Part shown: positions 1-12,099 of the stretch, one piece after another | Numbering within the stretch: position 1 is the stretch's first letter | Layout of the letters: each line of letters starts with the position of its first letter | DNA from: Raillietiella orientalis | Lineage: Eukaryota | DNA: 64,000 bases | Direction of reading: 5' to 3' | Assembly: GCA_036172245.1 (NCBI GenBank) | Contig: JAYWIR010000009.1 | Coordinates: 2,108,001 to 2,172,000, forward strand | Made by a program: the position numbers and the translations under genes | Notes under the pieces: generated by a model | Database searches by the model: none | What the model saw: only the letters and a program-made list of their open reading frames with translations | What the model was told of the DNA's origin: nothing

Positions 1-369
1 TTGCACCCAACTCGCTGAAACTGCCGGGCCCCCGGGACAATACGGGAACTGAACGTCGGACGAATGCTTCGTCCGGACGTCTGGGGTTGGCTGTGGAATG
101 TACGGAAGCAAAGGCGTTCGTCGTGCATCGAAAGTGACGCACCCGTGGGCCGCCACGAATGCCTTCGTTCTCTTGCAACCGACTCGGGAGCAAGTGAAAG
201 GGAAACCGGGGACACCCACCTGTCAGGGCCAGGCTCGACCCGACCCTGCTGCCGAACCGTGTGGGTTCACTTTGCTGACCGATTTTTATTCAAAAAATAC
301 CAACTTCGGGAAACCGTCGAAGAGCATTGAAGATTTGCATGGCGCGTAGACGATAAAAAAATATAACCA

Positions 370-530
370 GCTGTGGCACAAAATCTTCCTGGTTCGCTAT
401 TTCATTATGTACCCCTTGCGTTGTCAGACTCATTGCACGGATTCGTGATTCCCAAATAAAGAAGCTGTGCTGCTTCATTTGTGGCATTGGTGAGACCATA
501 TATATTACCTGGAATGCGCACCCCATTAGC
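370..530 (+). mobile_element. Degenerate C-terminal zinc-binding (zf-RVT-like) end of a LINE ORF2
   Basis: Translation gives SWFAISLCTPCVVRLIAR...LCCFICGIGETI then, after a frameshift, YLECAP. This resembles the C-x2-C...ET-x2-H-x4-C motif at the end of L1/Tx1 ORF2. Heavily decayed. Confidence 0.35.
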
Positions 531-942
531 ACCATTCCCCAAGCACGCGGTGCACTCACCGGAGGGCACGTGTATTATGTCCCCACTCTTTGCTAAGAAC
601 AGAGTCTCGTGTAACTTGAACTGCAAAGTTCCTTTTACCACGACGATGACCTACAAAGAGACCCCTATTAAACAGAAACGAATGGGTGGGAATGGGCGGT
701 CAGGCGGCCCGGCTCTCTCTCATCCGCAAGGACGCGCGACATGCACGCAAGTTTGCCAAGACTGCTGCTTTCCCTCCGCCCCTCGAAATCGGGCAGCACG
801 GGGCACCGCAGAGGATTCACGGTGATGCCCCGAAGGGAAAGAGGAGCGGGGCACACCCGCACGGGCTGCCTTCCAGTCCAACTTAACAAGTGCGCAATGA
901 GACGAATCGAAGCAACGAACTCTCGGGAGAAAAGTGCCTCCT

Positions 943-979
943 TGGTGGTGGTGGTGGTGGTGGTGGTGGTGATGGTGGT
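943..979. repeat. (GGT)n trinucleotide microsatellite
   Basis: Direct reading: tggtggtggtggtggtggtggtggtggtgatggtggt. Confidence 0.95.
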
Positions 980-999
980 CTCTGCTCTTTAAAGGACGG

Positions 1000-2600
1000 T
1001 CCACAAAAACACGAACGCACGGCACCGCTGGAAACATCGCCATCATGTTATACGCATACGCAAATGCGAGAAAGGCACGTTTCGGGTGCGAAATACGCAG
1101 GTAGCGAGAATTTCCCCCATACATTTGGATCTTCTGACTTGAGAATACAATTTGAAGGCTTGAAGTCCCCGCAGGCCACGTGCTTATTGGCCTTTCTTGC
1201 TGATGAAGGATTTTCCAGTCTTCCTAAGGCAGACCGCAAGGCCTACATATCCCCTCCTTGTAACTCTGTTCAAAAAAAAAAAACCTCAGCTCCTGTAACG
1301 ACACTCCAAAATTCTGCCAGATGTTGCGTGAATCACAACAACGAAAGGCGAACATTTCTTTTTTTTTTCCTTTACCTTGACATGGTTCCTATTCATTTTA
1401 GAATGCAATCTGGTTTAAAAAAAATTCCAAAACCACCCATCCTTCTATGAGAATTTCCATTTTAAATTGACCAACTTCTTTTCTCGACTCGCACGCGAGC
1501 ACGAGCGCAATTCCGTCATGAATTCCCCAGTGATCAGCCCTTTCAACTTACAACGGAGCGTTCGACAGAAATCTTCACGACCACTTCATTAGCAGTTCTC
1601 CCCCCCCCCTAAAGACAAAATGCTTGCAGTCCCTTTGTAAATATCGGATCGGAATACGATGCATAATCGATACAGATTATTTGATGCTTTGGATAGTTCG
1701 ACCTAATCACCATCTCCCATCATACCGGCTGCGATCGTCTACAGCCAATCTTTTTCATTTCCCCATCGCAAGCGAATGTTTCACCACATTCACCTTCTTC
1801 GTACTCTGACTGCGTGGAAGACCTGACCCCACCCTGTTCTTCCGATCATCATCGCTTAAGCTTTCTCGTTCTCTCATGTCTCCTGTGGCTGGAAGTGGAC
1901 TGCTCCACAAACCGTCACGCACTTTATCCATTCGGTCCACTCCGAATAAACCACCGCGTACGTTTCGCAACTCGAAATTTTTTACGGGCGTGCTCTGCCC
2001 CACTGATGGTTTCCTTGGCATCCCAACATGACACGTCGTCTTTCTTTTGCAGATCCGGGGTGAAATCTCACAGACCTTCGGCTTTCCGACCATTTCTGGA
2101 ACCACCTGCCGCTGGAGGTCTCGGACAACGGCCGACTCCGAACGGGAATGATAAACTGACACCGCCGGAAAGCTGGCAGGCAAACCAAAGTCCGGGAGCA
2201 CCATCCGGGATCTCGCATCCTTCCTTTCCCGCTGTGCATTCCACATGTGAGTTTCGATCCAGGCAACCGTATCAGAATACACTACCATAAATCCGAATCG
2301 CATTTCGCCTTTTTCCCCTTAATTGACGCAAACGATCCAGCAGCATCGCTGTGCATGGAGCAAAGGAAAACCTTTCGTTCACACGTCTTCCGTGAGCCGT
2401 CACGTGAAGATCACACACGCTACTCTGGGGGAACTTCGATAAAACACGTACACCACGAATTCCAAACTTCAGAATGCTGGCACAAAATGTGGCAGTCGGA
2501 ACATTTTGGCACACCGCACAACATGTTTTGGGCTCGCCAGCTGGGGCCTCACTTCGAACCGAGCAGAAACTTTGAAACACAACTACAAGGGAAAAGTGCA
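1000..2600 (-). mobile_element. Possible degenerate LINE 5' portion (AP-endonuclease remnant)
   Basis: GC/CpG-rich like the other retroelement remnants. ORF 1048..1239(-) contains HVACGDFK, similar to the GDFN motif of AP endonucleases. Confidence 0.25.
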
Positions 2601-2659
2601 CATTCGTGGCCCACTTCATTTCTATGCTGTCACCATTCACAAAAGTATAATACTTTGAT

Positions 2660-5600
2660 TTAACTTACAAGGCCACTCTCCACAAATGCTTCTGGTTTTG
2701 CTGAATTAGCTTTCACAAAGATGAAACCGATGTTAAATGGTGTGTCTTCAAAACTGAATGGACCAGTGAAAAAATACGGATCAGTCTCACTTACAGATTT
2801 CCCTCTACCATTCATTCGAAGCAGTTGCAAATTGGATACAAAACAATCTGGAAAGAAAAAAAAAAAAAACACGTACGTCGTTACTGGCAGCAAAGGGAAG
2901 CTTTAGGGACAGAAAGAAAATGAGAGCAATATAGCAAATTGTGTTTAGAAAGGAGCAATTTTCAAAAGTACAAAAGTACACGAATACCGTACTCACTTTG
3001 TTTATGGGGGGTTCCATTTTCACTGAGAACAGTGATTCCCGTATTTAAAACCCTCTGTTTCTGAGTTTTTAAAATGGAGGGGATGTTGCTCTCTAAACGA
3101 GTACGTCGAGCACGTTTTGACTTTTCGGAATCAACATGGGGAGCTGTAAGACATTGAAAGACAAAATTTTGTAACACCAGACAAAATGATCAAAGGAAAA
3201 AATGACACTCGATCGCAGAAGCACAGAATCACTATGGTGCCTTTTGAAAAAAGCACTAAGGACATCAGAGTGGACGCCAAAAGATGGGAATGCCTTTTGA
3301 CTTCCACTTGGAGCACAAATTGATTGAAGTACTAGCCAATTTCAAGAAAACCCTGCTCTCTTGAAATTGGCTCGACTTGAGCACGGACTTTGTTGGATAT
3401 TTCAACTCTCAAAACATTCAAGTGATGAATGTGATTCGATTTGTCTAGCTGTAATGAAAGATTGGACCGTTACGTAATTACTGCAAAAATACACACTTCG
3501 GACAACCAACGTGTCGAAACATTTGCTGGGTCATATCGAACGTCCACTAAAGCCTTTACTTGGGACAAACACTAGACTGCCACCAAAGCAGCCAATTTCT
3601 TCCGTAAAAACGTCACCTTTTCAGAAAACCAGAAAACCGAAAAGCACAAGTATAATACTTAAAACAACTCCTTCAAACTCTTGCACTTGGAATTCTCTGC
3701 AGCTAGGCAGCTGCAAAGGCACTATCATGAGGAGTAAACACAACAGAAAGAAACCAAAGAAAACCAATACGAAAGGTCAACAGAAAAAAAAGAAAGAAAG
3801 AAACGAGGATGAGGGCGCAACCCCCGACATTCACATTGCACAGATGTACATCTTGACCGGAAAAAAAAAAAAAAAAAAAAAACCCAAAATCAAGAAATGG
3901 GCATGAAATAAATGCACAGAGGAACCAGTCGAAGAGTTCAGCAGGAAAGCTCGAAATGCCTTTATGTATGAGCATAAATTACACTCCGACTCACAGATTC
4001 TGATGAACTGCAAGCCTTGGCATGCAAAAGCTAAAATCTGAACTGAATGATTAACATCGAATAATTTAGGGGAAACGAATAGTACAGAAGCGAGCAGACA
4101 TCCCTTCTTTTTCCGATATTTGTTGTCCCTTGCTGTTCTTTGGCAACATCATAGAAAAACTATACATGCAAAGAGTATAGGCAACTACCCTAAATCTGGG
4201 ATGCTTTCCAAGCAACAGTTACTCTTTGATTGAGATGTAAAGAACACAGTATTAGCATACAAACGTGCTACGTATGCTAATTTTCATTTACTCATGGCTG
4301 ACAGGAATAAAAAATCCTAACAGAACGCATTCTTTTTATACCGACATAAAAGAAAAAAACATCAGTTCGTTTTATAAAATAATATTTTAAATTCCTCTGT
4401 AAATCAATCATCCATCCCAACCCAGAGACATTAAAAAATACTATTTTATAAAACAAACTAATGAGAAATTACAATTATTATCATTCTAAGCATAACGATT
4501 TAAACATCGAAAACAAGAATGCAAGATTACAAATAATCTTTAAAAAAAAAAAAAAAGACAGAAAGAAGGGAGGTACTGATATCTTAAAAAGAAAGCAACA
4601 AGAACCGCCACAGAGATATCCACTGACGAGAAATTTTGAAAAGTTATAGTGTCATTCACATTAACACTCAAATTAAGTCAACAAAGTTTTTCAGGTCTTT
4701 ATATATCTAAACTGAAAGTTGGTATAAATAAATAAAAATGAAATGCTGAAGTTTTCACGTACCTTCAACTATCTCTTGGAAACTGTAACAACGAGTTTCC
4801 GGATCAAACTTGTATAGGATGTTTCGGAGATTTACAAAATCGGATTTGATTTTTCTACGACTTGATCTTCTGAGCACGGGAGGATTGTCCTCACTTTTAT
4901 CTAAAACAAACAAATACTGCTAATCGATTGCTATTTGGCCATTAAAAATTCAGACAGCAACGACATTTGCAATCTCCTGATGTATTGCCCAACTAGCAAA
5001 ATAAGCACCGGCTTCAAAATGAACATTTGCTCGGAGGGGAAAACAAAAAAAAACATACGAAAAAAAACTGAAGACACTAATCTTAATGAAATCTCAGTTC
5101 ATAAGGGTTCGTGACAGAACCTCCCAATGAACGATGCACGACATCCCATGTAATGGTGAGTCATCCAGGTACACTTGATCTCTTGCTCAGATTTCATCAA
5201 GATTTACTGACTGCAGCTTTTGAACGAAAACACATTCGGTTAATTAATTTCCCGTCAAAAAGATAGCAATGATCTCGTACAAACCAAGTCTACTTTTTCC
5301 CTCGATTAAAGCGACCATCTGCAATTTGCTTTCTCAATTTTTTACCAACTCCGTATTCACATCAAGATTTTCACAAATGATTCTAAAAACACATGAAAGC
5401 ACAGGAATCTTCCTCACATCCCGAAATGAATAAACTTTCCTTTGCAAATGAAACGTAATATGATAATTACTCTTTCCAACAATGAAACATTATTACTCCT
5501 TAAACATGCTGTTAAAGGAACACACAGTTTCATTTTCGTTTTTTTTTTTTTTGCATTCGTAGGCCTGACAGCTCTAATTAATTTGATGCTCAGTCGCTGT

Positions 5601-8600
5601 TGCCGTTTTTTCTTGTTATCACTTAAAATTGTACAAGGGCATCAATTACTGAGATGAAATGGAAAGGACAGGCTTGTTGAACTTACTTGCCTCAACTTCA
5701 CCCGCATCCTCAACTAGGGTCGTACTGCTGCCTAAAAATTAAAGGGTTTTTTTAGCAGCCATGCCGTTCTGTGAACTCGAGGCCATTTCAACTTGGCTCA
5801 ATTTTCACTCAACAGACTCATCCGGCATTACCTCTTCCAGAGGGAACAAAGTGTTCTCAGGAGTTAATCAAAGACACCGGAAGGGAGGACAAGCAAAAGG
5901 CAGAGCGATTCCCGCGCTGCGCAGCGACGCCTCACGAAAACGTAACAACAAAAAGCAGTGTGCCGCATGCATTGTTGATCCCTCCCCCCCTTCCCCTCCC
6001 AAACACCTGGGTGGGGCGCCAAAACACACGTGATGGTCTCCTTCCGGCCAACCGGGTGGTTCTTATCGTACCCCTTTTTGTTTGTCAAAATCCCTTTTGC
6101 TTTCGTGCTACACATTGCATTCTATATGGCAAGCAGCACTTTAGGGTGTTTACGAATCAAACTTCACTTCGTAATATGGCAACACTGCGACGATACAATG
6201 CTAAAGGAAAACTTTCCAAAGAGCACAACACATGCAAACATACAGTCATGCAACTACACTCATGCAAGCATAAATGAATAAGAATAATAAAAAAAAAAAC
6301 ACCTATAGCTTATACTAATTAAGAATAAATCGATAAACTCATACTTGCGTGACATTTAACTACCGGGTGAGAAAAGCTTTTTTTCCAGAGGAATGGGCAT
6401 TAATCTGGAGATTAAAGACAAAGGGAATAAGTTGATGGCAATAATTTGGATGAAAATTCCTGAATCTTAAAGAAAGCAAACTATGCAGTTATCAGCATCA
6501 CACAAAGCTCCAGAGTATTAGAAAATTATATGAAAGAAAACATAAGCCAAAGAAATGTCTGGATAAATGGAGACACCAACTCAAAATCTTCAAGCTTCCA
6601 GAAAGTTTTGAATTGAGAATACTGATGGAAGGCACCTCAACTGTAAAATGCAAAATGAACAATATTCAGAATTCCTCTTTAGGAATGTGTGCATTAGAAA
6701 AACAAAATAATGTCCATTTCTTCATATATAAGAGAAAGAAATCTTAGAAATAATCCATAAATATACTTAAGCTTTTGAAAGTTTATACTTTTTGCATCCA
6801 AATGATAGACAAAGGAGCTTAATGTTATATAATTTTAGTATATGTACAACAATCAATCAATTTACATCTCTAACTATGTTTTTGTTATTTTTTGTTATCC
6901 CTCCATATCCAGATAGATTTATTTGGTGATATCAAAGTAAAAAATCTAATAATGATAACCTAATAATCTAATCTAATAATGCTCAAACTGATTTGAAAGC
7001 AGAAATGGCACAAAACAAAATAACTATTCAATTCGTAATTGATCTTCAACATTGATGAAGTTTCATCAGTAGCCCTAAAAAGTGTATAATTTATTCTGAT
7101 TTTTCATGAATGAAATTAGAATTCATTCAATTCATCAAACTAGGTTTACATAGTTCTGCATGATGGACTTGTGACATTCATAAGGCACATAGTTCTTCAA
7201 ATATATGCTAAGAAAAATGCACAATGGACAAAAGAAATGAATCTTAAGTTTCCTAATTATGAAAGTTAATAACATACATAAGAACTTTCACCCACAACCC
7301 AACTTGCTCTAGGTATCTCTCTACAATATGACACAATCATTACATAACATCAAATGGATCTTTGCAAATCTCATTTTGATCCTTAGAAAGCATGGTATCT
7401 ACTACATTTCTCATTAAAGAACCAAAAAACCCTCAAGTTCTAGAAGAGAGAATTTTATTATTATGCCTATTAGAACACTGACAAAGACCAGTCACCAATA
7501 TATATCCAGGTGGGTTTAAGTTTGTTCTGCTCGAACTGTGTTTATGAGAAGAACCAAAAATTAAGTTCATTTCAATAGAATTTCATTGCACCTTTCCACC
7601 ATACACTCATCTTCAGATGTTTAATTTGTATACATTTAACAAAATAATATGATACAACACTGATACTACAGGGAAAAATAAATCATAAAAAATGTAAACA
7701 TAAACTAAATTTTGTGCTTTTCAGGTACCAATTCAGAGGAAAACTAAGGCTCAATTATAAGTATGGAAGATTATAAAATACATAACGCCGAAATTCGAAC
7801 AAAAAATCGTACCTTGCTTTGCTTTTTTCCTTTTTTTTGGGTGCTGGTTCTCATTTTCTATTTCTGAAAAACAAATCTGTGGTAATCTGTGGTAACAGTG
7901 GAAACTGACAATATTCATTTTGCTCATTACAAGTATTTAAATAAAACCAAAACATGCCAAATTTTTAGCTTTTCCTTTGATAAGGCTAAGACCGAAATTG
8001 AAAAGAATTCCTTTTTTAATGAGCATGGAATTTGCATGGAAAAATCAAAAAAAGTAGATAAAATGGGGTTAAAAAAAAAAAAAAAAAAAAAAAAAAGTAC
8101 TACCATAGGTTTACCAGATATTCATCTCATGCTCAAAACAAAAATTCCACTATGCATACTTCATATGTAAACATGACATAAATATTCTACACAAATAAAA
8201 CTAACAGAATACTGTATGTGATTTGATAAAAGCCAACCATCTGGCTTCTGATCCACTGACTGCTGCTTCACATTTTCAATTATACTTCACTACAAACAAT
8301 TGGCAAGGAGTCTGGAGTTTCTAGTTAATGTGCTCTTTTCCTGTATTGTTTTTTTTTTTTTTTTTTTTTTCATTATTAATTTTTTCAGAATGTTAATTAA
8401 GAACTAAAAATACTACATGCAACTGTAAAAATACTAAACAACTTGGCCATTACATGCCTATGGATCACAGATTTTAGTTTTACACATGTTCTCAGTGCTG
8501 TTGTCCTTTTATTTTTCATTCACCTTTCATTAATCAAAGCAACATTTTGAAACAAAAATATTTGGCAAAGTACCTTGTTGATGGAAATTGCATTTCACTA

Positions 8601-11600
8601 GATTCAAGGTTCTAATCACAACATATTGCATTGGCAAACTTTTATCACATACTATAGCAAACAACATTGTATTTAAGGTTAGGTTTTTAATGTTATTAGG
8701 TTTTTATCTGAGAGTAAGCAGATATTATCTGAGAGGAAGTTTAGATTCCGTTTATTTGGGGCTACTTTATGTACAATTTTATTCTTAAATATAAACACAA
8801 ATCACTGCATAAAACTAGGTCATTTCTACTTTATAATACCATGAAAAACCTCCCTAGAACTACTACGGACTTTCACAAATGCTAGGAATTATTTAAGAAT
8901 TTGGACTTCATAACTTTCTTGCACATTCGTTTGTTGCGTAGAAAAGAAATTACTCTTGAAGATTTGAAAAACTAGAATAAGCAAAATAAAATCAACTACA
9001 TGGCAGTTACACAATACAAAAAAAAAAAAATCACTTTAAGAAAATTTATGTTTTCTGTGTAAGCAGAATTGTATCTTAAAACTACATGCTTTAACTTTCC
9101 CGGTTTAACAATCAAGGCATAGGCAGTTTATTAAAACACTCAAATTTGATGCGAATCTCTATATACTAAAGAATTACGATTCTCTTCTCTTCACATCGGG
9201 TATGCATACTAAATTTTTAACAGGCTTATTGGTTTTGTTTTGTTTTTATGCATTTATTTCTAAAGTAAAAATGTGGAGATCAAAATCAGATTTAAAATGG
9301 AAATCAATCAACTTGATTTTTCCAAAAGCATCTTGAATTCTTCTGGAAAGCAGTGCTAAACAAAGACACTTTTCACTTCACATAACACGGTCTTTTTCTT
9401 TAACTTGAAAGCATTACAAATAAAATTCTGGTCTACAAAATAGCTAAGCTTTGAAAATGACAAATCCAAAATATTACACATTCCTCTTCTCTCCTTAACA
9501 ATGTCTTAAATTCACCCAGCAAATTTGTTCAGATGAGTGTTGATGCTATTTTCAAATCAAAATGCTCACTTTCATAAATTGCTCGTGAAGAACTTCAAAA
9601 TCCCTTTTTTTTTTTTTTTTCTGGATATCTAGGCACTATGGGCAAAACCTTTCATCATGTACATTATGAATTTATAAAGCATGAATTTATCACAACAGAT
9701 GCACTGCTTTGAGAACGAAAATCTTCTCAGATCCATATGCGAAACATCAATGGTTTTATTGTGAACTTGATTCGTACAAATTGATCTTTCCAAATAATAG
9801 ACATTTCTTGCTCCCATTATTCTAATTTTCATGCAATGTTAAGATGCATGCAATTTGTGCAAGATGTAAACTACGCATTTTGACTTAATGATTAATGATA
9901 CGTTTTATATTTGAGATAGATAAATAAAGAATCTTCATAGTAAAAAGGTCATGATGTTTTCCTTAAGCACTTCCTAAACATTTCTTTGAAGCTAGGAAGT
10001 TTTTTTGATTCAGACTATTCCCACTCTTTTCATTTAGTACTCTTTGGTTTAAACATACCAATCAACTCTGGATAATAGAAAAGTTGAAAATCACAGTAGA
10101 AAACCACTGTGATTTTTACCTGTTTTCGTATTTTAAGCCTCTCAAACGCTGGAATTTCCACGGAAATGTGCAAAATGAAGACTTAAAAAGCGACTTCTCT
10201 TCATATTTGAAGGGATTTTGCCATACAACATATGTTTCACTTTTTGTGCATTTCACAATTTTCTGTTCATAAAAATATATGAACAGCTTACTAATCCTTA
10301 CATCAAGAGATTTACATACTAACAAACCTAAGTTTTAATCAATAAGGAACAATTTTACTTGATGCAAAACCTTGTTCATGGAACTCACTTATTTTTTTCA
10401 CAAATGAGCAAAAATTTTAAATATTTTGATCATTGCAACAATACATTGAAAAACCATCGATTTTTCGAATGCTAAGACATTTGCTTCTAAGCACATGTCT
10501 ATAAATTTATCATTTCTGAACCTCAGCACTCTATTTGCCATGGATAGGCTTTGAGTTGTTATGTACATCTTTTGTATGTCGTACTGGGTAACTTGCTTAA
10601 CCAGATCTACTCCAAATGAAAAGCACACCTGCATCCCTCTTTATTTTTTTAGTCTTCATGACCTAAGTAATATTTACTTTACTTGTGAATTACTAATGTG
10701 ATCATACTGCAGCTGAAGGTCTATGCATGCTAGCTATATAAACAAATACAGACACAAATTAGCAATTTAAAATATAAATTTATTTTAATTATAACCTACT
10801 TGGAGCAAATTAAAAAACTATCTATAACAATGGCAAACAGGGTTCATTTAAGCCTAATTCCGAAACAATACAAGGAGTTACTCATTCTCCTGCATAAAGA
10901 ATATTATGAATTAATTTGATGTCTTCATATCACATTTAATTAGCATTTCTACTTTTCCAGAAAGTCCTTGATTTGTCCTCATTGCATCTAACCAAAACTT
11001 CATGAAATTTTGGCTTTTCAGGACATAACAAATAAATAATTATAATGTTAGTTATGTTAGGGTTTTGAATAAAATTTAAATTGTGGAAAGGACTTTCCCA
11101 CTTTGCTTTCTTCTCAATAATGCAGAAGAGTTAGAATGCTTCATGCATGAAAAGACTTTTGAACATTTTTTTGTGTGGCAAAAACAACAACTTCATGCTC
11201 CTTTCGGACAAGGTTGAAATGAGAATTACTTTTTCATTCACAACCATTGAAAACATTTCACACACAACACTGTTTTCACAAATTCTTTCAAAGCAACGGA
11301 CAGAATGAATACATTCACAAAATAATTACCTATTTCACGTACATAAGCAGCTGAATCAGGTACATAAGCAGCTGAATCAGGAATCTCGTTTACATAAAAC
11401 AGTGACCATGGATCTATGTAAGATAAAACATACATTACTTCTCAACTCAATATTCAAGAAAAACGATTCAGATTTTTAATTTCATCTAAATCGCACAATG
11501 TACATAAAAATCCATTTAACCAATCCACTCAATCAACTGTCAGTCTTGAACATCTGTTGCTCTAGTTTCTGAATTCCGAATGCCATAAAGTAACTCGTGA

Positions 11601-11950
11601 TAGACATCCAAGAGTTCCAAAAAGAAAATGACACGGTTCAACAACATGCGTTAGTCTAACCGAAAGGATTTATAACTTCAGTATGCAATCGGTAGTTTTA
11701 ATAAAACATAATGCTTCATAAAAACTCACATTTATCAATCGAACTGCACAAGAGCTGCAGCTCTGCAGACCATGTTTAACATTACAGAATAACAATATTA
11801 CTGTGGACACTTACCGGTGTCGATAGTAGAAAACGTTTTCTCTAGTACAGACTTTATAGGAGTCGAGGTAACAATTTTTTTCCTTATTGATCGGCTTACA
11901 GAAAGATTGGCACTGCGACTGGTCCCTAATGCCCTCCTGTGCCTCTCCAT
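2660..11950 (-). pseudogene. Decayed multi-exon gene(s), product not identified
   Basis: Series of exon-like blocks bounded by GT..AG. First exon 11950-11815 has an ATG, reads MERHRRALGTSRSANLSVSRSIRKKIVTSTPIKSVLEKTFSTIDT and ends at a GTAAGT donor. Exon 4900-4763 is open (DKSEDNPPVLRRSSRRKIKSDFVNLRNILYKFDPETRCYSFQEIVE). Exon 7439-7278 has stops in all three frames (best frame GFFGSLMRNVVDTMLSKDQNEICKDPFDVM**LCHIVERYLEQVGLWVKVL). May be two genes. Confidence 0.5.
11339..11380. repeat. Perfect 21-bp tandem duplication
   Basis: gtacataagcagctgaatcag x2, giving in-frame PDSAAYV-PDSAAYV on the minus strand. Confidence 0.95.
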
Positions 11951-12099
11951 AATCGAAACAACACAGAAACAAACAACGCAGTACTTGAAATTCGCAGCCA
12001 GGCGGAACAGTGAGACCAGGTCTCCGCGTTCGCAACGAAAACACCACCTATTTTGTTGGTAAACCGTTGCACCATTCGAAAGGCACAATTACGACGCAA

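Noticed and set aside
1048..1239. Kinase-like HVACGDFKPSNCIL motif
   Set aside because: No other kinase subdomains nearby. More likely a decayed endonuclease GDFN motif or chance.
720..1450. Poly-His / poly-Gly / poly-Val ORFs
   Set aside because: Translations of the (GGT)n microsatellite.
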